From Candidatus Fermentibacterota bacterium (GTDB lineage: Bacteria > Fermentibacterota > Fermentibacteria > Fermentibacterales > JCC-6), in NCBI GenBank assembly GCA_003646025.1, contig QNDR01000001.1:3837-67836 (forward strand): a stretch of 64,000 nt of DNA. The letters are read 5' to 3'. The notes under the pieces were generated by a model that was not told where the DNA came from, ran no database searches, and was given only the letters and a program-made list of their open reading frames with translations. Shown here one piece after another: positions 53,903-63,347 of the stretch. Every line of letters begins with the position of its first letter. Position 1 is the stretch's first letter. Position numbers and translations under genes: made by a program.

Positions 53903-54533
53903 TACCACTTCGTCCACAGGCGGAGTGGCACTGCTTGATGACGGAAGGTTGTTGTCCGAGTTTGTTCTTCCGGTAAACGGTTTTCACTCGGAGAAGATAC
54001 TTCCCGCGGTTGAAAGAATTCTGGAACAACCCGGAATTGACGGCAGAGATTTATCCGGTATCGGTGTTTCTCTGGGACCGGGATCGTACACCGGCCTTCG
54101 AATTGGCCTTTCAACAGTGCTTGGTCTTTCCGCCGGCTGGGAAGTTCCCGTAAAGGGAGTATCCACTCTTCGCGTTATCGCCGCCTCCCTTCCAGGTGGC
54201 CATGTTTTCGCGTGTATCAGAGCGAGGAATGGAGAGGTATTTGCAGGTGCTTTCAGCTCGCCGGATCCTCTTTCTGATGAAATTATTCCACAGTCTCTGT
54301 ACTCGGCGGAAGTACTTGAAAAAAGCATATCAGACGGGGTCTTCGCTGCCGCAGGTTCCGGAAGAAGCGAAGTGTCATGTCCGGGGCTTGTGTGGGCAAA
54401 TCCTCTTATGGATAACCCCAGATCTTCGTTTGTCGCTTTTTGTGCATCTTCCCTTGCCGACAGATACGGTTTCGACAGTGAAATTGAACCTCTGTATCTC
54501 AGGGAATTCAACCAGAGGGTTGTTTCCCCGTGA
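53877..54533 (+). CDS. tsaB: tRNA t6A biosynthesis protein TsaB
   Basis: LGIDTTSSTGGVALL...GPGSYTGLRIG. Confidence 0.8.
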   Translation: MSGIWLGIDTTSSTGGVALLDDGRLLSEFVLPVNGFHSEKILPAVERILEQPGIDGRDLSGIGVSLGPGSYTGLRIGLSTVLGLSAGWEVPVKGVSTLRVIAASLPGGHVFACIRARNGEVFAGAFSSPDPLSDEIIPQSLYSAEVLEKSISDGVFAAAGSGRSEVSCPGLVWANPLMDNPRSSFVAFCASSLADRYGFDSEIEPLYLREFNQRVVSP

Positions 54534-55747
54534 GCGTTATCGAGTACTATCGTCCTTCTGCCGGTGATGTTGAATCACTGTTCAAACTTGAAAAACTGTG
54601 TTTTCCCAGCCCGTGGGATAAAGAGGAGATCAAGGCCCTCGTTCAGTCTGAACCGCTGCTCTATACTCTTGGAGCTTTTGACAAAGGTAAAGCAGTCGGA
54701 TACATCTCAGGAACAATTTCCAAAAAGGGAACACTTCACATAATCAGCCTGTGCGTTCATCCCGATTACAGACGCAGAGGAATTGCTGTCAGTCTCTGCA
54801 GTCATACTGTTCACTGGGGCAGACACATGGATGCCTGCAAAGTCGTTCTTGAGGTCAGAGAAGAAAACTCCGCGGCCAGACAGCTTTACAGAGGTCTCAG
54901 CTTTTCCGAAAAGGGGATTCTACAGAATTTCTATGGAGAAAACTCACACGGAGTGCTGCTGGAGAAAACCGTTGAACCTTTCGGGCATTCTCTGAATACA
55001 TCACTTTTTCTGTACAACCGTCTTAAAACCACTCCACGAATTGGAGTTATTCTGGGGTCGGGTCTTGGATGGGTGACCCAACCTTTCGGCAGCGGTCAGT
55101 CCATTCCTTTTTCTGAAATTCCTGGAATGGCCGGTGAAGCGGTGGAAGGGCATTCTCTTACTCTGCAGACCAGCGAAAACGGCGAGATTGTATTTGTTAT
55201 GGGGAGAAGGCACCTTTATCAGGGCTATTCCGGTCGGGAGATTGCACTTCTTCCGTCAGCTCTTGCTGCACTGGGCGTTGGAACCTGGGTTCTCACCAGC
55301 TCAGCGGGAGCTGTGGATACCTCTTACAAAGTTGGCGACGCAATGGTATTCACCGACCACATCAATTTTTCCGGGTGTATACCTGATCTGCCCGGGCATT
55401 GTATTGCCGGTGATGTGTATTCAGATTCGCTGCAGGATGTAGCAAAGCGGTGTATGACAGGTTCGCACACGGGAGTGTTTGCCTGTGTTTCCGGCCCGGC
55501 GTACGAAACCGCGGCAGAGGTTGAACTTATCAGAAACTGCGGTGCTTCCGCGGTTTCCATGTCTACAGTTCAGGAGGCCCTGGCACTTAGGTCCCTTGGG
55601 TGCAGAGTTCTTGCCATGGCATTGATTACAAACGCCACAGACAGCGGTGATTCCGTGTGTCATGATGAGGTTCTGTCAGCGCAGGAAACAGTAAGGGCAA
55701 AACAGGAAGGTTCTCTTGTCCGGTTACTTGAGGGGCTGCTGAAATGA
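54530..55747 (+). CDS. fusion of RimI-like GNAT acetyltransferase (N-terminal) and purine nucleoside phosphorylase (PNP/MTAP family, C-terminal)
   Basis: GNAT region: HPDYRRRGIAVSL. PNP region: IGVILGSGLG...GRRHLYQGY...SGPAYETAAE...MSTVQEA. Confidence 0.65.
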   Translation: MSVIEYYRPSAGDVESLFKLEKLCFPSPWDKEEIKALVQSEPLLYTLGAFDKGKAVGYISGTISKKGTLHIISLCVHPDYRRRGIAVSLCSHTVHWGRHMDACKVVLEVREENSAARQLYRGLSFSEKGILQNFYGENSHGVLLEKTVEPFGHSLNTSLFLYNRLKTTPRIGVILGSGLGWVTQPFGSGQSIPFSEIPGMAGEAVEGHSLTLQTSENGEIVFVMGRRHLYQGYSGREIALLPSALAALGVGTWVLTSSAGAVDTSYKVGDAMVFTDHINFSGCIPDLPGHCIAGDVYSDSLQDVAKRCMTGSHTGVFACVSGPAYETAAEVELIRNCGASAVSMSTVQEALALRSLGCRVLAMALITNATDSGDSVCHDEVLSAQETVRAKQEGSLVRLLEGLLK

Positions 55748-56976
55748 ACTACAGTGAAGCGGAGAAGTGGCTTTTCAGCAGAAGACGTATGGGGATGAAG
55801 TACGGTCTCGAGAGGATGCTTTCCCTGATGCAAGACCTGGGTAACCCGGAAAGAGAATTTGAGACGGTTCATATTGTCGGCACCAACGGTAAAGGCAGTA
55901 CAGCTGCAATTCTGTCAGGAATAGCAGGAGAACTTGGAATATCCTGGGGAAGGGGAACTTCCCCGCATCTGCTTGATTACAGAGAAAGAATTACAGTAGA
56001 TGATCTGTGGATTCCGAAAAGCGCTGTTGCAGAATTTGTAACCGACCACAAACACACCATACGAAAGCATTCTGCAACATTTTTTGAGATAACCACTGCA
56101 ATGGCTGCGTGGTATTTCGCGAACAGGGGTGTGAAATGGGTGGCAGCCGAAGCCGGTCTCGGCGGAAGGCTTGACGCAACAAGAACATACAACGGTGCTG
56201 GAACTGTGTTTACAGGTGTAAGGGTGGAACACAGCAGAATTCTTGGCAACACGAGAGAAAAGATAGCAGTGGAAAAAATAGCCATTGCTTCACCTGGAAC
56301 AGTACTGGTTGCCGCACCACAGACTTATGGTGTTGAAAAAGTGATAGACAGTGCGGTTGAACGGGAAAACCTCAGGCGTGTTTTTCCTGTGCCGGTAAGC
56401 AGAAGCCCTCTTCCCGGGAAACATCAGCTACAGAACAGTGCCCTTGCCTGCACCGCTGCTCTGGAGCTATTCGGCAGATCGGAAAGCGAAATAGAAGCAG
56501 CCTATCAGAGGGTCTGCACTTCTCTCAGATGGCCGGGAAGACTTGATTACAGGAAAGGCAACCCCTCCATTCTGTTTGATGTAGCACACAATCCCCAGTC
56601 CATGGAAGCTCTCGTAAACTTCACAAAATCCTGGGGGAATTCTGTGCCGGTGGTTGTAGGCTTTCTCAGTGACAAGCCCTGGAAACGGATGGTTGAGCTG
56701 CTTAAACGTATTACTGGAACTGTGGTTGTTACAACACCAGAAAGTGAAAGAAAGCTTGAAGCTGCTGAACTGGGCAGTTACATGAGCAGCCGGGGATTCA
56801 AAGTGAAAGTCCGGGAGGATATTGTTGAAGCGGTTGCTGTTTGCAGGGAGATGGCTGGCAGCGATTCCATGGTGGTTACCGGTTCGTTTCATGTGGTTGG
56901 TAAAGCAATAAATGAATCGGTACACAGAAGCTGGGTAACCGGGGTTCCCAATTCCGCTGGAGATGTTTTAGGTTAG
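55744..56976 (+). CDS. folC: folylpolyglutamate synthase / dihydrofolate synthase
   Basis: Mur-ligase P-loop HIVGTNGKGST. Confidence 0.85.
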   Translation: MNYSEAEKWLFSRRRMGMKYGLERMLSLMQDLGNPEREFETVHIVGTNGKGSTAAILSGIAGELGISWGRGTSPHLLDYRERITVDDLWIPKSAVAEFVTDHKHTIRKHSATFFEITTAMAAWYFANRGVKWVAAEAGLGGRLDATRTYNGAGTVFTGVRVEHSRILGNTREKIAVEKIAIASPGTVLVAAPQTYGVEKVIDSAVERENLRRVFPVPVSRSPLPGKHQLQNSALACTAALELFGRSESEIEAAYQRVCTSLRWPGRLDYRKGNPSILFDVAHNPQSMEALVNFTKSWGNSVPVVVGFLSDKPWKRMVELLKRITGTVVVTTPESERKLEAAELGSYMSSRGFKVKVREDIVEAVAVCREMAGSDSMVVTGSFHVVGKAINESVHRSWVTGVPNSAGDVLG

Positions 56977-57014
56977 AACGCTGGAAAATTTACTTTTACT
57001 GTGAAAGGAAGAAA

Positions 57015-57245
57015 ATGGCAAAAGATAAAAAGCCTGCTTCTTCAGATGAGAAGCAGAATGTTGTACCCTTCGGCAGAGTAAACTACATACTGTTTGCTAC
57101 AGGTCTGATTGTGATAACTGCAGGTTGGTTTCTTCTCCGGGCAGGGCACATTTCATTGTCTCCTGTGATGCTGATTCTGGGATACTGCGTTGTGATCCCG
57201 GCTGCAATAGTTCTTAAACCTGGAAACAGGAAGGAAAAGCAGTAA
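57015..57245 (+). CDS. small two-TM membrane protein (DUF3098-like)
   Basis: 76 aa; RBS AAGGAAG. Confidence 0.5.
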   Translation: MAKDKKPASSDEKQNVVPFGRVNYILFATGLIVITAGWFLLRAGHISLSPVMLILGYCVVIPAAIVLKPGNRKEKQ

Positions 57246-57989
57246 ATGCAGGGATACCTGAAGGTAGTTCCTTTTGTGATTCTTGTTCTTGCCGGCTGCG
57301 GGCAGCAGCCGGAACTGATTCCCGCAGCGGTTCCCGTACAGCAGGAAGATACAGTGTTTGTTACAATTCCCGGTGGCACTTTCGTAAACTCTGCCGGCGA
57401 AACTGTGGAAGTTCAGTCTTTTCAGCTTCAGAAGAACGAAGTCAGCAACCGCCTGTTCCGATATCTTGCTGACAGAGCAGGGCTTTCCCACCCGGCAGAT
57501 CCCGGTTTCCCGGGGATGGACGGGTATTTTTATGAATTCCCTGACTATCCGGTTGTGAACGTCAGCCCGGGAACAGCCGAAACAGCGGCATCTGTTCTGG
57601 GTGCCAGACTGCCCACAAGGAATGAATGGGAGTATGCTGCTTCCATCGGTCTGTCCGGACCTGTTGCCGGTCAGTATCCGTGGGGAAACCTGTCTCCGGC
57701 AGAGGTGCCTGGTGTTCCTGCCAACTGCATGGCTCTGGATGACTGGCAGCAGCGGGATCTTGACGGCTTTCTGTATACCGCGCCCAGCGGCTCCTACCCT
57801 CTGTCAAGCGCCGGTCTTGCCGATATGGCAGGGAATGTGGCCGAAATCGTGTACTGTTCTTCAGACAGTGTTATGTACATTGCAGGTGGAAGCTGGGCCC
57901 AGGTCGAGGAAGCCATGACACTGGGATTCTACAGAAACATAGGCTACGGAGATATAGACTGGTACACCGGCTTCAGAATGGCAAAATAA
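57246..57989 (+). CDS. lipoprotein with an FGE-sulfatase (formylglycine-generating-enzyme family) domain
   Basis: Lipobox LVLAGC. FGE motifs RLPTRNEWEYAAS and YPWGN. Confidence 0.7.
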   Translation: MQGYLKVVPFVILVLAGCGQQPELIPAAVPVQQEDTVFVTIPGGTFVNSAGETVEVQSFQLQKNEVSNRLFRYLADRAGLSHPADPGFPGMDGYFYEFPDYPVVNVSPGTAETAASVLGARLPTRNEWEYAASIGLSGPVAGQYPWGNLSPAEVPGVPANCMALDDWQQRDLDGFLYTAPSGSYPLSSAGLADMAGNVAEIVYCSSDSVMYIAGGSWAQVEEAMTLGFYRNIGYGDIDWYTGFRMAK

Positions 57990-57994
57990 AAAAA

Positions 57995-58020
57995 CCGGGA
58001 GAGATTATCCCCCGGTTTTT
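57995..58020. terminator. bidirectional rho-independent terminator
   Basis: aaaaaaa-CCGGG-agagattatc-CCCGG-ttttt. Confidence 0.6.
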
Positions 58021-58096
58021 GGTGGGCGAAGAGGGACTTGAACCCCCGACGTCCTGCTTGTAAGGCAGGCACTCTAGCCAACTGAGTTATTCGCCC
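58020..58096 (-). tRNA. tRNA-Val (anticodon TAC)
   Basis: Reverse-complement cloverleaf GGGCGAATAACTCAGTTGGCTAGAGTGCCTGCCTTACAAGCAGGACGTCGGGGGTTCAAGTCCCTCTTCGCCCACCA. The anticodon loop is CTTACAA and the CCA end is encoded. Confidence 0.85.
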
Positions 58097-58112
58097 TCAG
58101 CAGCGCTGAAGA

Positions 58113-58138
58113 ATACTAACTATCTGAATATCTGTCAA
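58113..58138 (-). promoter_or_regulatory. sigma-70-like promoter for tRNA-Val (TTGACA-N17-TATTCT)
   Basis: Minus-strand TTGACA at 58133-58138 and TATTCT at 58113-58118, about 13 nt before the tRNA 5' end. Confidence 0.45.
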
Positions 58139-58176
58139 TACTGGTCAATGCAGCGTTTGTGTTTCATAATTGCCCA

Positions 58177-59976
58177 ATGGATAGAGAAGAACACATCAAA
58201 AAAGAGCAGCCTAATCATTTTGGTGAGGCTTGCCCTGTTGTAATTATTCCGGGAGATCGCCGGCAGGAGATCTATTCCCGGCTTTTCAGCTCCGACAAAG
58301 ATGTTTCGATTACCGTTGATGTCCGCGACGGCCTTGCCCTGCTTGGTGTAAGCGCTGTGGACTGGGCGGGTCTCGCCTCTGTTGTGGTGGGAGAGCTACA
58401 CCATGAGGGGTGGAATCTAGATCTTCTCGAGGGCTTCGCCGTGGAGAAAGACGGTGTTAGAAGGGGAACCATCATCACCGGTATTGTGATAAAAGATTCC
58501 GAAGAAGAGCGGGGAAACAAGTTCAAAGAGGATACATACAAGCTGAAGGAACTGCTGCAGAGACTTGCCGTTGGAAGGGAGGGTGTGATTTCTCTTCTCG
58601 ACAGGTCGGCAGACAGGGTAGAGTGTTATCAGGGAATACTTGAAGAGCTTCACCGCATTTACAAGGGACATATCCCTGAAGGTATACTGGGTAAGAAAGG
58701 GCAGCTTGTTCTTTTTATTAGTTCGAGATCCGACCAGTACCTGCTTGCCAGAAAGGATTCCGATCTGGCCTGGATTGTTAAAACAAATCATGATCTCGTG
58801 GATAGTGTCAGAAAAAAAGGTGGTGTTCCCTCTTACAAAATCAGAAATATCAGAGCGAAAGGTGAACATCTTACCGGTATAAACATAGTGGGTTATGAGC
58901 GTGATATTTCCTTCCAGGACCTGACTGCGGCTCTTTCTGTCGCGTGGCCCGGTTCAACTGTAAGTCACCAGAGAAAATACACAACAGGTGATGGAATAGT
59001 GTCTATAAGGGTCGAAATGACAGGGCCCAACGGTATGAGCGCGAACCGCAAAGAGCTGAAGGTAATAAGGGAGTACCTCAAAAAACTTCTGGTTTCCAGG
59101 GGTATTGAAAGACTTCACAGGGTTCATCACTACGGCGGGACAGAGCACATAGGAAGGGCTCTGCTGCCGTTGCTTATAAAAGAGTGCCGGTCCACCGGTG
59201 TTAACCAGGCATACATAGCACTGGAGAATGTTACCACATTCAACGCGGAGCTCAAACTTCTACTGGTCACTGCTGCCGGGGAGGCCAACGATACACAGAA
59301 CCACGACAACCGGATACTCAAGCTTGTGAAGAATCTCAGCCTTCAGAGAGGTATCGGAGTCAACTCTTTTAAATCGCCGTCCAGAAGAGAAGATGTATGG
59401 ATCGATGTGTTTGACTTTGTGGCAGAACGGGAGCACTTCGACCAGCTGGAAGATGCTTACTCCATAGTGAAACAGGCCATACAGGACAGCTTTGGCAACT
59501 TCAGAGATTTTGATCAGGGCATGCGCCAGAATGATGTAAACCAGCTTGATGAGATAAGAAAGGAACTGTCAGACATTCCCTACACTGTTGTTACCGACTT
59601 CTACTACAGCCTGGAAGATTTTATGAGAGCTTCAGTTCCTGTTGATGAGCTTTCCAGGCATATCAGACTGCTCTTCAAAACAATCAACTCTCTTCTTTCA
59701 GACGATGAAGTAACAGAGAAGGTTGTTTATGAAGATGTTCCAGGAAGAAACAAATCTGTAGCCACTCTGTTCTGCTGTGCCAGAAAAAGCGAGTGCCATG
59801 ATATGGAAGGTCTTCTCGCAGTGGTCAGAGATTATACTGTTACAGCAAGTATTGTACGGTGGTCAGGTGCTGTTTCTGTTCTTCTTCGTGTTCAGAAGAG
59901 CGGCGGTGCTCTGGATCCTGTAGAACGGGATACTATTTTCAGGACCATCAGTGAAAGGATGGAAACACATGACTGA
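58177..59976 (+). CDS. hypothetical protein, about 600 aa, with ACT-like N-terminal repeats
   Basis: Long ORF with coding-like composition. I recognise no definitive motifs. Start is either ATG at 58177 or GTG at 58159. Confidence 0.45.
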   Translation: MDREEHIKKEQPNHFGEACPVVIIPGDRRQEIYSRLFSSDKDVSITVDVRDGLALLGVSAVDWAGLASVVVGELHHEGWNLDLLEGFAVEKDGVRRGTIITGIVIKDSEEERGNKFKEDTYKLKELLQRLAVGREGVISLLDRSADRVECYQGILEELHRIYKGHIPEGILGKKGQLVLFISSRSDQYLLARKDSDLAWIVKTNHDLVDSVRKKGGVPSYKIRNIRAKGEHLTGINIVGYERDISFQDLTAALSVAWPGSTVSHQRKYTTGDGIVSIRVEMTGPNGMSANRKELKVIREYLKKLLVSRGIERLHRVHHYGGTEHIGRALLPLLIKECRSTGVNQAYIALENVTTFNAELKLLLVTAAGEANDTQNHDNRILKLVKNLSLQRGIGVNSFKSPSRREDVWIDVFDFVAEREHFDQLEDAYSIVKQAIQDSFGNFRDFDQGMRQNDVNQLDEIRKELSDIPYTVVTDFYYSLEDFMRASVPVDELSRHIRLLFKTINSLLSDDEVTEKVVYEDVPGRNKSVATLFCCARKSECHDMEGLLAVVRDYTVTASIVRWSGAVSVLLRVQKSGGALDPVERDTIFRTISERMETHD

Positions 59977-60304
59977 TTCTGCTGACTCCTCTTCTTTTGA
60001 TTTTTCAGACAAAGAAAAGCTTCAGATGCTTGAAAACTGGTTCCAGAAGAGGGCGGAAATGAGTTCAAGGGCCTTAAAACTGATACTTATTCCTGTGATT
60101 GCGGTTCTGGTTTTTGCTCTTGTTTTCTGGTTTCAGTACTACATTCCCGTTCCTGCGGTAGCTCTTCTGGGCATTCTCGGAAGTTCTGTACTTGCCTGGA
60201 TAGTCTGTCTGTTTATTGGCGGCGGGGTACTCAAGAAGGTTAGAACCGGTGATGCTATAATGCTTCGCAAGATAAAGTCTTCCGACGACTCGGTAAAATC
60301 TTGA
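59969..60304 (+). CDS. small two-TM membrane protein
   Basis: AAGGA precedes ATG at 59969, with an ATGA overlap on the previous stop. Confidence 0.45.
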   Translation: MTDSADSSSFDFSDKEKLQMLENWFQKRAEMSSRALKLILIPVIAVLVFALVFWFQYYIPVPAVALLGILGSSVLAWIVCLFIGGGVLKKVRTGDAIMLRKIKSSDDSVKS

Positions 60305-60329
60305 CAAAACTTGTGTTCTACAGTATGGT
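60301..60329 (+). promoter_or_regulatory. consensus sigma-70 promoter TTGACA-N17-TATGGT for the tRNA
   Basis: TTGACA at 60301-60306, a 17-nt spacer, TATGGT at 60324-60329; the tRNA starts at 60345. Confidence 0.6.
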
Positions 60330-60344
60330 CAGCACCTCTGCCGT

Positions 60345-60420
60345 GGCGGTGTAGCTCAGTTGGTAGAGCAGCGGAATCATAATCCGCTGGTCGGGGGTTC
60401 AAGTCCCTCCGCCGCTACCA
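60345..60420 (+). tRNA. tRNA with anticodon CAT (elongator tRNA-Met or lysidine-modified tRNA-Ile2)
   Basis: GGCGGTGTAGCTCAGTTGGTAGAGCAGCGGAATCATAATCCGCTGGTCGGGGGTTCAAGTCCCTCCGCCGCTACCA. The anticodon loop is ATCATAA. The anticodon stem lacks the initiator GGG/CCC feature. Confidence 0.85.
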
Positions 60421-60448
60421 GGCGCCGGTTTTTCCGGCGCCTTTTCTT
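60421..60448. terminator. rho-independent terminator (GGCGCCGG-ttttt-CCGGCGCC-TTTTCTT)
   Basis: Perfect 8-bp GC stem plus a T-run; it also lies downstream of the convergent permease gene. Confidence 0.75.
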
Positions 60449-60457
60449 AAGCACTGG

Positions 60458-62335
60458 TTAAACTTCTCTCCGTCTTCTGGACAGCAGAACAAGATCTCTT
60501 AAACCCTGGGTTGTGCGGCACTTTCTCCACGCCTCGTCAAATCCGGGGGCTGTAGTAATTTCCGCGATTGCCATAAGGGCTTTCAGGTGGAAGTTCCGCT
60601 GATCCATGGTTCCGGCAAGGATAAACACAGTGTGTACAGGTTCCGATGGGTTCCCAAAATTGATTCCTCCGGTACATCTTGCAAGATTTACAGTGAACTT
60701 TCCATTTCCAGGAACAACTATGTGAGGAATTGCAAGCCCCGGACGCAGTGCTGTAGGTGATGCCTTTTCTCTTTCAAGCAGTAGTTGATAGAGTTCAGCT
60801 GGCTGCATTTCCAGAGATGGTGCGATTGTTTCTGCTGCTATTTTTAGAAATTCCTTCAGCTCCATGGATTCTGGGATATCAAGAATTTCTGATCTGAGGA
60901 CAAGTCTGTCAAAACGGTCTTCCGTTATTATGTCTCTTTCCATGAGAACTTTCTTCAGTTCCCGGGTTATGGATTCATTTCTGAATTTAAGTTCTCCGGG
61001 AAAGATTCTTGCTGCGAGATGAAGAAGAGCCGAATCCCTCTGCACACGCTTTCTGGAGTAAACAAAGTACCAGATTGATCCTCCGAAGATTACAGCGGAA
61101 GAGGCAATCAGAGCATCGGTACCGATCATCACCAGAAAGAACAGCATGGATGCCGTACCGAGTATCTGCATCCAGGGGTACAACGGGCTTTTGAAAGAGG
61201 GTTTGTAGGTGTGAATTCGGCTTTCCCGCATTACGATAACAACCACATTGGTCAGCATGAACAGAAATATCTGCATGGCACTGGCCATTTTTACAAGTCT
61301 CACAAAGTTGACAAACAGCATGGAGGCAATGAAGACACTGGTGAGAGCGATGGAGAACCACGGAGTTCCGCTCCTGGATCCGATTCTGCCTATTACAGCC
61401 GGTACAAGCCGGTCTCTGCTCATTGCCAGGGGAAACCTTGCCGAAGCCAGAATTCCCGCATTGGCCGTTGATAGAAATGCGAAGATCGCCGCAACCGCCA
61501 TAACTATGAACCCTGTTCTGCCGGCGAATGTTGCGGCTGCATCTGAAAGCGGAGTCATGGAAGCGGCAAGAACACCTCCTTCAAGCGTTCCTACACACAC
61601 TGTAACTGAAGTGAAGTACAGGAAGGTTACCACTGCAAGTGATGCCATCATGCTGAGGGGAATGTCCCGGCGGGGATTTGCTGCCTCTTCAGCTACGCTT
61701 GCAGCTTTTGTAAGCCCTCCAAAAGCAACAAAGATCAGAGCTGTGGCTTCAACGATTCCCCGAATTCCATTGGGAGCAAACGGAAGCATTCTGGCCGCTG
61801 AGGTGTGGAGGTTGCCAAGAACGGAAAACACCAGCAGTATCGTGAGAAGCCCGGTAACCATGAAAACCTGCGCCCTGCCTGCGTGGGAGGCGCTTCGCAG
61901 GTTCAGGAAGGTAAAAACAGCCAGCGCGGCAAGGGTTATCTCCATGCTGTATGTCCCGGGAACAAGAACCTCAAGGAACACCTTTATTCCCACGAACGCA
62001 AAGGCAGTTTTGATACTCAGGCTTACCCATGCGGCAATTCCGGCAACGGTGCCTGCCAGGTGTCCCAGGGATCTATCAATAAAATAGTAATCGCCACCTG
62101 CTTTGGGCATGGCGGTGGCAAGTTCAGCCTTGGCGAACAGAGCGGGAAGTATAAGAATACCGGCAATTACATAAGCTGCTATAGCAGAAGGGCCTGCGTA
62201 GTAATAAGCCAGCCCCGGCAGAACAAACAGCCCGGAACTTATCATGGCACCTGTGGCTATGGAAAACAGGTCGGGAAAACGAAGAGACTTGTGGAGCCTG
62301 GAATTCTTTCTCCCTGTGGAACTATCGGATACCAT
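60458..62335 (-). CDS. APC-family amino acid permease fused to a C-terminal PTS EIIA (type 2) regulatory domain
   Basis: About 12 TM segments beginning IATGAMISSGLFVLPG. The C-terminal ~150 aa has an EIIA-2-like His motif (PGLAIPHIVVPG). Confidence 0.65.
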   Translation of the reverse strand: MVSDSSTGRKNSRLHKSLRFPDLFSIATGAMISSGLFVLPGLAYYYAGPSAIAAYVIAGILILPALFAKAELATAMPKAGGDYYFIDRSLGHLAGTVAGIAAWVSLSIKTAFAFVGIKVFLEVLVPGTYSMEITLAALAVFTFLNLRSASHAGRAQVFMVTGLLTILLVFSVLGNLHTSAARMLPFAPNGIRGIVEATALIFVAFGGLTKAASVAEEAANPRRDIPLSMMASLAVVTFLYFTSVTVCVGTLEGGVLAASMTPLSDAAATFAGRTGFIVMAVAAIFAFLSTANAGILASARFPLAMSRDRLVPAVIGRIGSRSGTPWFSIALTSVFIASMLFVNFVRLVKMASAMQIFLFMLTNVVVIVMRESRIHTYKPSFKSPLYPWMQILGTASMLFFLVMIGTDALIASSAVIFGGSIWYFVYSRKRVQRDSALLHLAARIFPGELKFRNESITRELKKVLMERDIITEDRFDRLVLRSEILDIPESMELKEFLKIAAETIAPSLEMQPAELYQLLLEREKASPTALRPGLAIPHIVVPGNGKFTVNLARCTGGINFGNPSEPVHTVFILAGTMDQRNFHLKALMAIAEITTAPGFDEAWRKCRTTQGLRDLVLLSRRRREV

Positions 62336-62423
62336 CTCTGCCCCTTCCGGGTATACCCATCACGGATGCGGATTCACCATTTCAATTTCACGGACAGTCA
62401 GTACAAGAGATTATATTAGAATT

Positions 62424-63347
62424 ATGAGGACATTGGAAAAGACATTTCTGCACACTGTTTCCAGGGAGTCTCTGTTCCCTGCCGGCAGTCACATAACTGC
62501 GGCTGTTTCAGGCGGTGCCGATTCAGTCGCGATGCTTCATCTTCTTAACAGGTTTGCAGGTGCAAAGCGCTGGACTGTCCATGTTCTGCACATCAACCAC
62601 GGTATCAGGGAAGAAGCGGACAACGATGAATCGTTTGTTAAAAAACTTTCAAAGAGTTTCGGATTATCCTGCCGGTGTGAACACCCGGAACAGGCTGAAA
62701 ACGGTTCAATGGAAAGCCGGTGGAGTACTGTAAGGCAGGGGATCTATCAGAAACAGCAGGGTCTGGTTGCTGTTGCCCACACAGCCAGCGACAGAGCGGA
62801 GACCATTCTGCTCCGTCTGTTTGAAGGGGCCGGTCTCCGGGGGTTGGGAGGTATGGATTACCGTGGAGTGGGGCCTGTCAGACGGCCGATGCTTGATATG
62901 CAGAGCACAGAAATAAGAGACTGGCTGACGAAAAACAGACACAGCTGGGTTGAGGATGTCAGCAACACAGATACCGGGATAAACAGGAACCGTCTGCGGC
63001 TTGAAGTAATGCCGGCTGTTGAGAAGAATTTTCCAGAGGCTGTGTCAGGAATATGCCGCTCAGGAGTTCTTTTGAGCGGATGGAGAGACCTCCAGAATCA
63101 GATTGAGGTTTTTGCCGGGACAGACAGTATTGCAACAGGGGAACTTCTTGAAATGCCCGGTGTTTTAGGTGCTCTGGTGCTGTGGCAGATGGCGGGTAAA
63201 CCGAGAAGCGGTTTTCAGGAGTTTCAGAAAACACTGAGCTGGCTCAACCGGGGTGGAAAGGGAGAGCACATTCTGCCCGGAGGAAAAAGGCTTGTTGCAG
63301 AGGGTGAACTGGTTCGCGTTGAAATCAGAGGTCCCGGGAGGTTTTGA
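62424..63347 (+). CDS. tilS: tRNA(Ile)-lysidine synthetase
   Basis: PP-loop AAVSGGADSVAML. Start chosen at ATG 62424 to avoid overlapping the permease gene. Confidence 0.8.
   Translation: MRTLEKTFLHTVSRESLFPAGSHITAAVSGGADSVAMLHLLNRFAGAKRWTVHVLHINHGIREEADNDESFVKKLSKSFGLSCRCEHPEQAENGSMESRWSTVRQGIYQKQQGLVAVAHTASDRAETILLRLFEGAGLRGLGGMDYRGVGPVRRPMLDMQSTEIRDWLTKNRHSWVEDVSNTDTGINRNRLRLEVMPAVEKNFPEAVSGICRSGVLLSGWRDLQNQIEVFAGTDSIATGELLEMPGVLGALVLWQMAGKPRSGFQEFQKTLSWLNRGGKGEHILPGGKRLVAEGELVRVEIRGPGRF

Noticed and set aside
62244-62423. N-terminal extension of tilS overlapping the permease gene.
   Set aside because: It would overlap the convergent APC permease by about 90 nt. The ATG at 62424 gives a normal-length TilS.
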